This document shows positions 35,700 to 50,000 of a stretch of 64,000 nucleotides of DNA, piece after piece. Below the pieces are notes generated by a model. It did no database searches. It was not told the origin of the DNA and saw only the letters and a program-made list of their open reading frames with translations. A program made the translations under genes and the position numbers. Position 1 is the first letter of the stretch. Each line of letters begins with the position of its first letter. This DNA is from Blasia pusilla (lineage: Eukaryota). The stretch spans positions 42,160,001-42,224,000 of the forward strand of contig CM114271.1 in assembly GCA_050084515.1 (NCBI GenBank), written 5' to 3'.

Positions 35700-37273
35700 T
35701 TGTCGTCCACTCATCAATGTAGAGGGTCCATCTCGACCCCAACCATGTAGCTCTCCTCAAACCACATAGCCCTCCCTACCCATGTAACTTGTCTACTATG
35801 GTTAGTTACCCTTCAACCATGAACGTCGTCCCAACTTTGTAACTGGCACTTACTTTGCCCCAACTCCTACCTGGTACCCTCGTTACCACATTCGGTTCTA
35901 CTTCGTCCCAAATTTACTACGTTCCTTCTCGAATCATGGCTCCTTCCTTCTACTCACAACCGTGTCCCCATGCGTGCGACCTCCTCACACGTTGTCTGCA
36001 TCACTCTAGGTGGCTGCTCTTCTCATACCTCGCCATTACCTTTTTGTCACTCTGTTCACCCTATGTGTCAGCTTCCCCTTCAGACCCTGTACTCATGCTC
36101 CGGCTAGTTGTGTTACCACCTCACTCCTTCCTCGGTTCCCGCTCTTCAGCCAAGCCTTACCCCAACCTCGGAGTGTACTTGGCTTTCCACCTCCGTCCAA
36201 ACCTGCTCAGCCCCACTTTCCTATGTTGAAGGCACGAGGCCCTATGCCCGGCCTTTCAGCTGTCCGTTCAACCCCCAACTCTAGCTCCTGCGTTTAGGCT
36301 GCACGCCACCCTATGCGCCAATCCCTTTGCAGCCCGAACCGACCTTGTACCCATGCACTTCCCAACCCCACTCTCACACCCACAGCATCCTATGCCCCGC
36401 TACTCTGCTCCTTCCTTCTCAACCCGCGCTTGACGCTCCTACGTGCGTACTCCGACGCAACTCCCACTCACTTCCTTTAGGCCCAAGCCTCTCCCAAGTG
36501 TGTCTTCCGAGACCCACATCCCTTTTTTGCCTCTTCATGCAACGAGCTCCATAACTCCCGTCTTGGATTCATAATGACTCTCCCCTTCCAATCGTGTCCC
36601 TCTACACTATGGAACAAAACTCCGAGCTCCCACACTACCCACCCACATTCTGGTCAATACGCACCAACGATATCTACAAAAAATGAGCAACGCTTTTGCG
36701 CATGACCCTTCGATAAAATAAAGGAGAACCAGCATTTTTGGGCTCCCCACCGAGGCAACTTGCTTGCCTACCTACGAACAAAGAATTCCCCCTTGCCCCC
36801 TCGCATCTTTATCATGTAAAAATAAGAGTAAAATGGTAGACTCGGCCTAAAACTCCACTCCTCAATCTATATCGACATATTGAGCCTCGTCCACCCTATG
36901 CTATCAGGGAATCCGGACGCTATCAACCCTTGTCATATCTCAGACACAAACAAGAGAGGTGCTCCAATGGCCCAACATGAGAAAGATGGCCTGGGAAAGC
37001 CATCTCTCCCCCTTATACTGGTGTGGGAAGAGCCAAAAGGCTCTTCCCCTAAAAGTAGCAATCCTCTTGGTAACTTGCGCGCACACGTTACCAGGGATGG
37101 GTGACCTGCTCAACAAGTCACCCGAATGTGAAAGACCCAAACAAGAAAGTCATTATAAACTACATTCTTGACAGAATGGACCTATCCTCAACCCCATCCG
37201 ACACCTCATGACAAAGTTACATCTATGTCGTCGCCGCGATAGATCCCTACCTATCGGCTACTCAGATGTGACA
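35700..37273 (-). mobile_element. 5' LTR-like repeat (37273-36814) and leader of a gypsy-like element related to 47-52 kb
   Basis: Minus strand TGTCACATC...TTTTTACA aligns with 51606-52093 and 47030-47355; the downstream leader resembles 47356-47500. Confidence 0.65.
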
Positions 37274-38679
37274 ATGAGAAATGATGGGTATAGCCATGGA
37301 TGGAGCTAGTAATTGGTGATAGCTCGGGGTTGGAGCTTAGGCCATATTGCGGGAGCTAGACATGAGGGGGAGGTGCACATGCATAGTGCAGCGTGCTCGG
37401 GAGGAGCCAAGAGCGTTAGAGCTAGGTTTGAGGAGGGCCACCGAGGGGCCCAATTTGGGAGGAGAGCAAGGGCTCATAGGGAGCCGTGCAATGTACCGCA
37501 GAGTGGACGGAAGCCGGTGGACAAGAGAAGAGGTTGGGATTCAAGAAGGAGGTGTGATCAAAGCAACTACAAGAGTGAGGGAGTGAGGATTGAGGAGGAA
37601 GGGAGTGGGATTGCATAGGGAAACGGGCCCGCAAAGAATTAATTGCGGAGGAAGGCAGGGAATAGAAGAGTTTGGGGCCTGCAGGGTGGAGGTATGTAGG
37701 TGTGAGAGGAGGCCTCAACCGACGAAGCCACAAGTGTGCAAAGCTAGTCAAAGGGAGGTGCACACGACCGGAGGCTTAGAAGGAAGGAGTTAATGTAGGA
37801 GCAACCACATAGGGTTGCGTACGGAGCTAAGAGGGCTATAGGTTAGGGGGGAGAGCGGGACCAATGGAGCCAAGGAGCACACTTCCATAGGGCAGTGTGC
37901 AACGAGGAGAAAATGAAGGGTTGTGGTTGGGGCAGAGAGAGAAACTGTTGAGGCATAGGGTTGTGTGCCCTCAGGACTTGATTCTATGCGTGCAGGATCA
38001 AAGTGACCATAGAGCATCATCATTTTTCTACACGCAAAAATTTTGGGCGCAGAATTGGCCCAAAGTCCTTGACTCCTTGCGACCCATTTCATAGAAATTT
38101 GTACGTAAGTAGTTAAGACCAATGGGTTTTTTCTTCATGAACCGTAGGATAACTTTTTTGGACGTAGAAAATGGTTCGTCACGACCTCCACACGTGCCCA
38201 TGGAATAAATCCCTTAGACATGGGTAGGGAGGCCAAAAGGTAAGAGATGAGGCCGTGCATAGGGCGGCGTGCCACTTGGAGGTAGGTTGGGGGTGAAAGT
38301 GCAAAGAGAGAGACGGGCGTAGTAGAAGCATAACTGCGTAATGCCATGGTTGCAAGTGTGGGTAGTGAGTTAGATTATAACCCCAAAGTGCAAAACAGCA
38401 AGAAGCAAAGGGTAAAATAATCAAACTTTCACTTTTTGCAAAGACATTTCATGTACGTTTTCGTTGATACGTGACAAAAGAGAATAAGTTTTTGTGTTTG
38501 TATTACTTGTGGTACCCAATTAACCAGGTAGGGCTTGTCTAATTTTCAAGGAATTTACCAATAGATGGATGGACCTTCATCGATGAAATGACTGAGAATA
38601 TACTAATTTATCAATTTTTATAATACTTTTATGTTCATCATTAACTTTTTGTTTTGAATTGGTATGTGTGTAGCTCCGT

Positions 38680-40202
38680 TTGGGAGATGAAGTATATCTT
38701 ACGCAACCAAAACTCAGCCATAATATTTTGGGTCATGGAGTAGTTTCAGGTTTGAGTGGACGAGACAAGTTCCATGGAAAGGATATAGGTCCTGGATTAG
38801 TTCGAGTGGACCTTAAGGATACAACGCAACCGGATTACCAACTATGGGAGTCGAATACAATGGACAAACCTGCTCAACTCACACTTGAAGATGCAGTTGG
38901 AACTTCAATCATTTGGCCAGAGTTGAATCTGAGGAAGCTAGATCATAAGGATCTCTAGCTTTTGTGATTTTCAAAAATGTTTAAACTTTCACAATGATTA
39001 CATCAAGTCATTCATTTGTAGTTTGGCCTCCATTTGCACTTGTTCCTTCTTTCAGATTTCTATGTACATACTTTGATTCTTCCACACAATGAATCATCTA
39101 TATTTTGGTTTCATCAATTAGAGAATGATTTGATTATGATGTACTTGTTGTTTTCAACATTCATTGTAATTGACATTTGCATGTAGTTTGAAATTACTTG
39201 CTCAATACATGTCCTTCTTCTAGACCTTCATATTGAGATTCAATCTATCATGACCATTGTCTACTTGTATTGACATTACTGCTTGTTGGATCTGAGAGAA
39301 TCTCTAATTATGTTAAGAGGATCATATTACTCAGACGACCACCACTTGGATTGGACAATAACTCCCGTGATCAACACTATCACTAATATAGGAGGAGAAA
39401 TGATAAATTGTCAATACAATATATGATCTAGTGATAAAACACAACTGATAGAGTTATGTGAATGACTAATATATTATGTCAAATAGCTCAGATGACCAAG
39501 ATAATATTTTGTGTCATAATAAAAATAACTAATGTAGTTATGATGTTAACTAATACAGTCAATACAATGATTCAAATTGTTAGGACATATGACTAGTACA
39601 ATCATTAATGACTCAAACCATCAATGAAATATCTCAATTAGTCATAAAATACAACTATACCACATATGGAGATTACTAAAATTGTCATAAATACAAACCC
39701 ATCTAATCATATTTAATGACTCGTATAGTTATAGGAAATGACGTAGTCAGTATGTATGACTGAATCATTTCAACTATGTGTCAAAGTGTCATTTGTTCAT
39801 ATCATTACACATGTCATTATCTTGTTGATCCATAAAAATCCAGCGTTCATAAATATGATACGTGGCAATAGAGGATTTGATGCTCACTATGCCACATCGT
39901 TTTATGACTAAGTCATTACCTACACATGTCTTGCAATGGTGGTTGTACAACGGTCTTCTTGCCATGTCATCCGCTAGCTTGACACTCTAACGTGTCACTC
40001 ACACGTGACATCTTAGTCATATATCAATTACTAAGTAGCTTATAGCTTCAGTCATTTACCAATCTGGTAGTCAGAGTCATTTCCTCTAAATGACTTGGTT
40101 TACATGACTCTAATGGTTATGAGTCATCGTGAGTCAATTATCGTGAACAATGACTCAACCTACTCATTTATTAGAGTCATATAATTAGAAAATTTTCTAG
40201 TG
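38680..40202 (+). mobile_element. CACTA remnant: TnpA/Tnp1-like last exon plus 3' end
   Basis: GHGVV...FHGKDIGPGLVRVDL...LTLEDAVGTSIIWP (38680-38958) resembles the En/Spm Tnp1-like domain. GACTCA repeats and the terminus ...TTTTCTAGTG at 40202. Confidence 0.7.
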
Positions 40203-40499
40203 GGATCGACCAGTGTGTTGGGAAGATCAGCATTGTGTGGTGTGTAGATGTGACCAACGATATGGATTGTGTAGCGATGTGTATGCACACGACATAAGCC
40301 ATAAGTTTTACAAAACCAAAAAGCGCAGCCTAAAATTTGAATATCTCAACTGAGTCTCGTCTAACTCTAATCATCGCAAAATCTATGTTTGAAAAATTTG
40401 GGCTTCATACACCATAATAGCCATCCCAAAAACATACTCAACATAGGCTCAACCCAAGTTTATACAAAAGTTTCTTCATCAAATCTTGATAACATTTGT

Positions 40500-42800
40500 G
40501 TATGCTAGTTGGCATAACTAGTTGTGGGGGTTTGGGGCATCATCAATGTTGTGTCAAGTGCTTGTAGAACTGTAAATAATTAGGGAATCTTAACCCATTA
40601 CCCAGCTCTTCCCACATATGGATCTAGCTCCCATCTCCTTGTGGCTTAGTCACTTTCATAACATCCCAAGTAACCATGACAACAACATCAACGTGTGTTG
40701 CACCATATATAAATTCACTATCATGTAAGTCTGCACTCATATCATGATATTTTGTAGATGCTATACGCTAGTTGGATGGCCTTGGATATGTCTTAGATGT
40801 CGATGAAATCATCACAAAAGTGTCACATGCCTTCACATCTTTTGTGTTAAAGCGGGGAGAATTTGGAAGTGTGATGCCTACCTTTCGTAAAATTTTGAGG
40901 ATTCAAGATTTAGAGTAGGAATTAGTGTTAGATTGAGAGTAGATATGTAGGATTAAGGAAATGGAAGATTGGAATTTTATAAATTTGTTATTATAAGGAG
41001 TAAAACACACTGGGATTTGAGTCAAGACATTGTAGAGATATGGAATGGACTTCAAGAATACGACAAAGAGGTAAGAGACGACGAAGACTCAATCTAGAGG
41101 AATGATAAAAAGAAGAAAGAATGATGAGGTAATCAAGGTGTAGTCTCAAGGGATATTTGAGGGGAGAAGAAGTAAAACAAACACTCCTTAAAGAAGAACA
41201 AAATATTATGAATAGCTATCTTGGGAGAAGATGATGAGGACTTCGTAAAGAATATTAATGAAGAGCGAAGACCAAAGACTTTTCTAACAAAGATTGTAAA
41301 GAGAAGGAAGAACAAGTTCAGAGCACTAAAAGATACGATGCTTCAAAAAGGTGCATCCAAGAGGTGCAACATAAGAACCAACGGATTTAATGAGATCAAC
41401 ATGAGACTATGATAGATCTTTGATAAGGTAGTTAGGCAAGTGTCAAGAACTACTGTAGTAAAGAAAGGACAATTCCCTTCTAATGTAAGACCTCAATTTT
41501 TTCTATTCAAGAAGAGCTTAAAGAGAGAGAAGACATTATTATGTGTGTAGGTAGGAAGATTTTTAGAATGATCCGACCTCAAGAAGAAATAACTTCTTAA
41601 GTCTTATAATCTTTGGAAGTTCTCATGTATTTTTTATGAGATAATAAAATGCTTAACTTCCTCATTGTGATGGTGCGGAGGAGTTAATCTTGATCTAATT
41701 GGGTCTCCGGAACATGGGGAATGGTGGTGTGTAAATCTTACTAAAAGATTTTGTAATGATAAAGATGTAAGAAATCTGTTAGATAGAGTAACCTACAAGG
41801 GCGGATTAAGTTCCAATAGTAGGGAGAGCCATTGGATCATTGCAAAACCGATTCATAGTCATGGTTGTTGTTTCAAGATTTACCCATTGGCAAAAGTTCT
41901 CATCCACTATCAATTAAAGGTTTAGGTTATAGATCAAGTTTGGATTTTGCAAGACCTTTATCTTTGACAAAACATCATAATAGTTATGTGTAGGTGATAG
42001 TTGAGTACTTCTCGGAGTGGGTAGAGTTGGTTGCATTACAAATGAGAGTAGAATATGCATTCCAAGGTCGAGTGCTAAGTCATAGTGGCATACCAATTGA
42101 ATTTTTGACAGATTAGGATATAGAGTCCCATGGCGAATTTCAAGCCTTCTATGATCAAGCATAAGTTGTACATTAAGTTTGGATTTTTGTAAGGCTTTTA
42201 TCTTTGACAGAGTATTATCATCGTTATGTGTTGGTGATAGTCAAATATTTCTCGGAGCGCATAAAATTGGTATGCAATCCTAGATCGAATGCCAAGTCAT
42301 TATGGCGCACCAATTCAATTGTTGACAAACAAGTGTATAAAATCTCGTGGGGAGTTTCAAACCTTGCATGATCAGCTATAAATGAAGTTGAAAAAACATC
42401 ACAATCGTTATATGTTGATGATAATCGAATACTTCTTGGAATGGATAAAATTGATTGCATTATGATTGACCGAACACAATACACATACATTCCTAAATGA
42501 ATCATGGCTAAATCATCGTGGCTCACCATATGAAATGTTAACACACTAGGATATAAAATTTCATAAAATGTTTCAATTCAAGTGTGATTAAGCATTATCA
42601 TCCCCTGCACTATTAGGTAAGATCATTATGAAGTGGAAGCTCGAGAAAAAGAGGTTATTGAAGTGGTGACGAGGGATTTGAGCATTTATAGTTTGAAGGA
42701 AGATCATCTCGCATACTATGATCTAAAATTGTCATACTTGACGGCGAGATGCATTTTAATCGAGCATACATTCTTTCCCTACTTGTTTTATGATGGAGAA
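40500..42800 (+). mobile_element. Highly decayed gypsy-like pol remnant with a triplicated integrase segment
   Basis: Three related blocks (about 41925-42165, 42170-42375, 42400-42560) read like RYVLVIV.YFSEW.ELV...VLSHYGAP, similar to the integrase at 62100-62240. Confidence 0.5.
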
Positions 42801-43487
42801 ATTGATTTTCTTGCGACAATGTAATGCAATACTAATGAAGTGTTGTAACTTGACGATCTTGTAGGTAGATACTAGATTTTTCTCCATGTGCAAAATTATT
42901 GATCTTGTAGATAGATAGTAGTTTCTTCTCCATGTGCAAAATTATTGCAGAGAGTTCTACCTACACTTCATGAACCACTTCCACGACATGGTGCTTTCCG
43001 ATAAGGGTTCTTCAGCTAGTTGACTTACGCAAAGGGTTCTCAAGCAAGCTGCATTTAGGTCAGAGGACAATTCCCAATTGAGAGCTCAATGGAACGGTGG
43101 GATGAATATGTAACATCATGGTGTCAGTTCAAGATCACAGTTCAAAATAAGAGCAGAGCAACCATCGAGGTTTACAATTGAGGGCTGGTGATATTAGATG
43201 CAGTTTACAATTGCGGGAGGCAAACTTTCTCACTTCACTTGAAAATGCAGTGAATCACTTGAATAGTCAATGCTCCATTAGATGATATCTTGCAATTTCG
43301 AGATTTCACTCGATTTCATGAAGGTGTAGTACTTGATGTTGATGCTTAGCGGGTTAGATTGTGAACTATATCGGACAGAATTATCTTTACCAGACTACCG
43401 TGGCACCAATCGTAGAATTCTGCTACTGCGGTTGCTCTCCAAGAATTGACACTTAGTAGAAAAACTAGGAAATCATCAACGAGAGGT

Positions 43488-44273
43488 TTAAACAAAGTGC
43501 ACGCGGACATGCAACGAGCACGACTGGCACGGCAACACTAGAGAACGACCCTCACAAAGTTGCTCACTTCTAATTCCTGCTGTTGGTACGAATTCACCCG
43601 CTTGATCGCGGCAATTGCTAACCCCCATGTCCTTCCTCAGGTAGCCTACTTCCTTTAATACATTTTGTGCCAGACGATAGCGATCACCGCACCTGCATAA
43701 ATACGTGTACTCTGTCTCCTGATCCTCGTTCACAAAACACCAATCCATTTCTAGAATAGAAATGTCTTCCCCAATGACTTTTGTAGGTTCTTCTTGTGAG
43801 CTGATAACATTAGCTAGCCGTTGGCTAGCGAGATATTTGTCATATTCAAACCTTGATCGAGGATCTCTAAGAACTTCCCACGCGTTTTGAACCCTCAAGA
43901 ATCGAGCAAGCGTATCATCACACACCTCTGGCTCTTGTGCAGATGACTGATTCTTTCGAAACTCGCCACCGAGCTCTGCATAAGTGATTGAAGAGCTTAG
44001 AAGCGGGACACCAACAGAGCGGTCTTCATCTCCAACACTAGTTTCTACGTCACGGGATGGTCTCGTACCGACTGACGATAATGAATAATTCTCTCGAAAG
44101 TTCTGAGATGGCTCACTGATAGGATCCAACTCTGCTGCCGTACCAGAAAACTTATCGGGATGTAACGCCAGAATAACAGCACGATACTTGGATCTAATTT
44201 CTGCGTAATCTGCCGTCGTGTGAGCTCCCAATACTTCGTAGTGAGACAAGCATGTTGCTTCATCTCGTTCCAT
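43488..44273 (-). CDS. DPH4: Diphthamide biosynthesis protein 4-like (J-domain + CSL Zn finger)
   Basis: Intact 261-aa ORF: HYEVLG...LHPDK...FLRVQNAWEVLRDP J-domain, and CRCG...CQSCSL CSL finger. Confidence 0.9.
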   Translation of the reverse strand: MERDEATCLSHYEVLGAHTTADYAEIRSKYRAVILALHPDKFSGTAAELDPISEPSQNFRENYSLSSVGTRPSRDVETSVGDEDRSVGVPLLSSSITYAELGGEFRKNQSSAQEPEVCDDTLARFLRVQNAWEVLRDPRSRFEYDKYLASQRLANVISSQEEPTKVIGEDISILEMDWCFVNEDQETEYTYLCRCGDRYRLAQNVLKEVGYLRKDMGVSNCRDQAGEFVPTAGIRSEQLCEGRSLVLPCQSCSLHVRVHFV

Positions 44274-47029
44274 AATTCAGACCTTTATCTTTCAGGACGT
44301 GTTCAGCTTCGCTTCGCCTCACCTGGGAAGCCCAAAACTATTCGCTTATAAGATAGGGGGTCCAGACTCTAAAACGTCTGAGGCGATGTCCAAATAGTGA
44401 TCCCCCAGTACCCTACACAATACCGACATAAGAAACTTGTAAACAGGAGAAAAGGTGCGAAGTGATTGTTCTTGATAAAAACTTGGCTGTAAATCCTAAA
44501 CCTGGTGACGGTGATCATCGTACCACCGGAGGATCCAGTAATCCTTCAAGGCAGCCTAAATCAGCGAGGACACCTGCCAAACAGACGACGTAACCATCAT
44601 ACCCCTTAAAACATTTGGGGACAAATGCGCAATATACAACATAAATTTACTACCATAACACAGGAGACTTTCCGAAGGCAATATACAGTCGAAGAAAGTG
44701 GACCGGAATGTTGGCCAGGAACCCGAAACCCTTCCCTGAACGAAATTACAAAGATCTCCTGGCCCAACAATCGGAAGACCAATATACACAAAGTCACAAA
44801 AGCACCCTAAACGATGCAGTCCCCGAACGCAGTACATGAACTCAAGTCATCAAACCCCTGCCAGTTTCATGGCTCTCATTCCGAGAATTACTCTATGATG
44901 AACGGTCGGACAAAGAGTCGAGCCATAAAACCGGCCCATTCAACGCACGAGAGAACTGAGCGACAGGAGGGCTGAAATAGAAACCGACAGAACCCGAAGC
45001 CTTTCCTAGATTTCCCTGCGTCCACTACCAATTGCATAACCACTAAACCTGAACCACAGAGAAATGTCAACCCTAAACTCTAAGCTTGCACTGACGACTC
45101 CCGAATCCCAAAATACACCAGAAACATAGCAAAACCTAAAACCCTCACCATAAACCCCGAGTGACGAAGCCGCAAGATTCCTGAAAGCTGCAAGATCACA
45201 AAGAAAGAAACCTCTACCCCACCGCGCGCTGTAGTACACCGAACCCGAAGACAAGGCCCACGACAAACACAGGCTATCCACCCACTACAACCCGGACAGA
45301 CCAATTACCCTAAGCCACGAGGCCACGAGCAGGACGAGGAACACCATCTCTCCCGTTCGATCTATCTAAAAGCATGGCATATCCGTAGTGCACGGATCAC
45401 GAGCACCTCAAGCAGAGAAACCTCAAGTAGCAGCATACCCCGAGCGAGGTGTCATTGCACGCAACGCAGCCAGACTCGAGGAGCTCGGAACGAACGCAAA
45501 GAGAGCTAAGAACCCGTAGAGACGAGACCAACTATAATCAAACCGCTGCAAGCACACAGCCATCCCAATACCCAATAGCCCGAGCAGCAGCCCAACCCAC
45601 GCGTGACACACGCACACAGAGTAGAAGAATTTCGAGCAGAAGCAGTCAGAGTGAAGACACCGCGTGGACAAGACGAACGCTGATGAGGCCCCGAGCCATC
45701 ACCATGGCCAGCGGGGATTAACATGGTCATGAGCATTGAGGCGGAATGGGTCATGGACGTCATCATCATGCTAAGATATTTATCGTTTCGAATTTGAAAT
45801 GTTTAAGAGGTCGGGCCGGGTTGCACTATTCATACTTGCCCCCAAACTTCAATCCGCAATGGTCTTGTCATGCCGCCACTATGTGTTCCTACCTAGTCCA
45901 TTTTGATTGCTCCTTCATTGTATGAAGATGCGTTTCACTTGCTAGCCCATGATAAAATCCTCTCCTATGCTAGATGATCTATGGTTGCTATACAATGTGT
46001 GCTTTGTGGGATGTTTGCCCTCTAATTTTTTCACCTGATGTCATTTATTTTGGAGATCCGTGGTTCTATGGCTTCATACCTATATGCGTGAAGCTTCTTC
46101 TGTTTGTGGTGCAGGATTTGCATGATGCAATGCTAGTCATTCCTTGCTCCTTCCTTGCGGGATCGTTCGGCAGGTTACTTGTTGCGTATCTCTTCGTTTG
46201 CTTCACTCTGTATTGTCCACGTAGCTAACATAGGAATGTAGATTATGGGGAGGGTGTGGAGTTATCAACGCCGTGGCTTGCATTTGGGGTTCCTCGTGTA
46301 CCTTTCCCACAGTTGTAGGTTCATCCACGAATCTCGAGCTCAACAAAATTCTTTCCACATTAATCACACAGAAACCATTCCAGAGAACATCACGACGTTT
46401 TACCATCTCTTGCCGCAACTCTCTTTCCACCTTTCTCAACCACCATCTCTTATTGCTACTTCCCTCCTATTGGTCCAAAGCAACGTTGAAGCAGTTGCCT
46501 CCAAACATTTGATGGTTTCCTTACAGAGTCCGGCCTGCCCATGTCATTATAGGCGGAATTTTTTCCGCATGAAGGACAAGTAAACCATTTCGTGCAAGGA
46601 ATCCATTCTATCTTTCACACTTCCCAAAAAGGTTGTAGATCAAAGAATTTAGTTGGATCCTAGTATAATATGATAATATTCCATCATTATGGTCTTATGG
46701 TTTAGTAGGTCAGAACTTTAAAGGACACATACTTTGTTGCAACCACATTCAAAATAGAATTCAGCATTAGACATAAGAAAAGAGAATTTTCTTGACGAAT
46801 GCCCTTAACTGAAAATGACATTGCACCGTTAACATGTTTTGTTGTGCATTAATCATAACTTTATTTGTATTGGTATGAAAGATGTCATCGAGGTAATTTG
46901 TTTTTAGGGGGCCCGGAGCATTCACACACTTTGATCACCAACCGTGGATGCCCAAAGTGTTATTAATAAAAGCCTCTCTAACACTTAATGAGAGAGGATT
47001 TTACACACAAGGTGATTTTACTATACGAC

Positions 47030-50000
47030 AGCGGTAGGTGATCCGTTGATAGAGTCAACGGTCATCCGGTAACTTGTGCATGCAGGTTACCGTTGATAGG
47101 GCTATTTTTGGGGTAGAGCCTTTTAGCTCTTCTCAAGGTTATAAGAGTGAGGAAGATGGCTTTCCCAAGCCATCTTTCTCATGTTCAGCCTTAGAAGCGC
47201 CTCTCTTGCATAGACGTGTGTGGGTATGTAGGAGTTAAGGTGCTAGCATCCGGATTCCCTCATAGCAAAGGGTGGATGTGGTTTGATATGCCAATGTAAA
47301 TTCATGAGTGGAGTTTTAGGCTGGGTGAGTTGTTTTTACTACTCTTGATTTTACATTAGAAAGATATGAGGGGGCAGGGAATTTGTTGTTTGTAGGCAGG
47401 CAACCGAGTTGCCTTGGTGGGGAGCTCCTCGAGACGGTGGTTGACTTTTTGTTTATCATTTTTAGATTTGGGAAGCCGTGCGCCGAAGCGTTGCTCATTT
47501 TCTCATGATTTTTTCTGGCAACAGAGTAGGATAGACCAGTAGCAGAGTGATGGACAGGAGTGCTCAACTATGGGGTCGTTGAGGAGTGGCGCATGTTGGG
47601 AAAGAGAGAGAAGTTCAGCCTTTCAGGTCTTATAGCCGTTGGGGGCTGTCAAATAAAGGTGGCCAGGCTACGCCATAGCCGCCTAGGTTAGGGTTAGGTC
47701 GCCTAGGCGTAGAGATACCTAGTTGCGTACGATAACGAGGTAGGTAGCCACAAAGTGCACAATGGCAGAGGGAGCCGAGACGGAGAGAAAACCGCAAATT
47801 GGAATGAAGAGTCACGTCGCACCCGGAGTGCGGAAGGAAGTCGGGATCAGAAGAAGGAAAAGCGGAAGCAAGAGGGGAGTGGATCAGTCGCATAGGACCA
47901 TGCGGAGGGTTGTGTCAATGTTCAGGGAGAACCAAGGTTACCTGTTGAGCTGGCCGGAAGAATTTGAGATTTTTTTATTCAATTTGTCACTTATTCTGCC
48001 AAAAACCGAGGGTTCGAGAAAGGTGTCCTTTGTTTAGCCGACGGGAATGAAGAAATCTTCAAAAATTGCAGGTCGGTTTTGTAGAGACCGGAAATGTACC
48101 GGTTGTCACGAAAAAACTCCCCGGACCCTGGGTTGCGTGGGCAAGCTCCCTAGAATTCGGGAGGTACATACGTACCTGCTAGGTACGCTGTACTTTCGGG
48201 CAGTTAAGGTGGGTTGAGAGAGCATGGGGAGTTAATGCGGGCTCAGTAACCTCGCCCTCGCCCGCACTTAAGTCTGGGGATGAGAAGGCAGGGTCGTGTG
48301 TCCGTAGGGAACTGCGCTAGTGCAAGTGTAGCAGGGACGGGGTCAGCCGGAGGCAGGAGGGCTAGGTCGGGAAGAAAATAGGCCGAACGGGGTCTGAGAA
48401 GGGAGGGAGCCACAAAGTTGGGAGCAGGGTCCGGGGAGTTTTTTTTGACAACCGGTACATTTCCGGTCTCTACAAACCGGAGCGGAAATTTTCGAAGTTT
48501 TCTTCATTCCAGCCAGCTAAACAGGTACGAATACAAAGGACACCCTCCCTAAACCTTCGGTTTTTGGCCGGTAAGTGACGACCTGAATCAGAAATTCTCA
48601 TATTCGTCCGGCCAACTCAACACGTAACCCCGGTTCTCCCCGGACATTGGTTGGGAGGAGCCCTACACAAGGCGACGTGTCCAGGGCCGCGCAGACGGAG
48701 GTAGAGAGTAAGGAGTTTCGGGGAAGGAAAAAAGGTGAGACGGGCAGACCGCGGGAAGCAGGGAAGCAAGCCGCGAGGTAGCGGCAAGAAGCAGGAGCCG
48801 GAAGGGCGAGCCGGGGGCCAGAAGTGGCGATCCAAGAGATGGGAAATCTGGCAGGTGGAGAGACGTTGGGGAGTAAGAGAGAGGGCGTCGAGACTTAGGG
48901 AGACGTAGCCGGGGCGTCGAAGTGGGCTACCGCAAAGGCCACAGACGGAGTAAAGGTGGGTTTATGAGGTTGAGGGAGGACATAATAAATTGGATGAATG
49001 CAAGTAGGACCAACGTGGTAGGTTGGACGTGGTTGGTTCACATTACCAAGTTGAGGGAGTCTAACGTATTTGGGGGAGATACGTAGTTGATGTGGGTTAC
49101 GTAGTAGGAGAGATTTTGGGCACTTGGTGGTTTAGTGCGGGGAGTATGATTTACGGTGAGATTCACTATCTTGAAAGTCATTGACGGAGTTTGACTTGCA
49201 AGTACTTTGGCGACGTGTGTCGAGATGAGTGATCTGTGCCGAGAGTTGCGGTGGAGTGCAAGAGGTGGATATGCATGTGGTGATGTCCACAAGGGTTTAG
49301 GGTGCATCTCCACAAGTAGCTTTCATTTGTTCATGCGAGGTTTAACGTGTGTTTGAGAGAGTGTCGTGTTATAGAGGTTGCCACACCACATGGATGAGTG
49401 AGTGTTGACGGTGCTGTAGATTGGAGGGCGTGTTCAGGTTACCCATTCGAGTCCCTTTTCCCGCACTTATCTTGTGTGATTGAGAGTGCTAGGTATCGGG
49501 TAGTTGTTAATGTTAGATGGGTGTAGCAATGGTGACGAGTGTAGTCTCCATGCATGTGTAGCATGTTGGTGGATATATGGTGGTTGCTGAGTAAGGGTAT
49601 ATGACCCGAGAGTATGTTTGTGACTTAGGTGAGTTAGTCAGGAGGCTCATGGTGGGTCCGCTGATGGATGATTACATAGAGTTCCAATATTTATACTCTG
49701 TAAAGATCGATGCCTGGAGGGTGTATCGGGCTCTAGGGTATGTATCCACTAGTGATCGTGACGCGTATGAAGGGATAGTGAGGACGGAGAGACCTTCACC
49801 ATCAACCCAGAGACTAGATGGAGAGGATGGCACTGAGAGTGGTGAGGTGGCAAAGACCTCTCGTGGTAGAGGACCACCGAGTTTCAATCCTACAGTGGAG
49901 TTCTTCCGACATTTGGGGAGAGCAACCAGGGTATGCCGACCGACAAGTTGAAGAGTCTATAGGATTTTCAGCGGAGATCGGGGGAGAGTCTGAGGGAGGC

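Noticed and set aside
44556-46583. Short ORFs upstream of DPH4
   Set aside because: No domain signatures; more likely the 5' UTR intron and promoter region.
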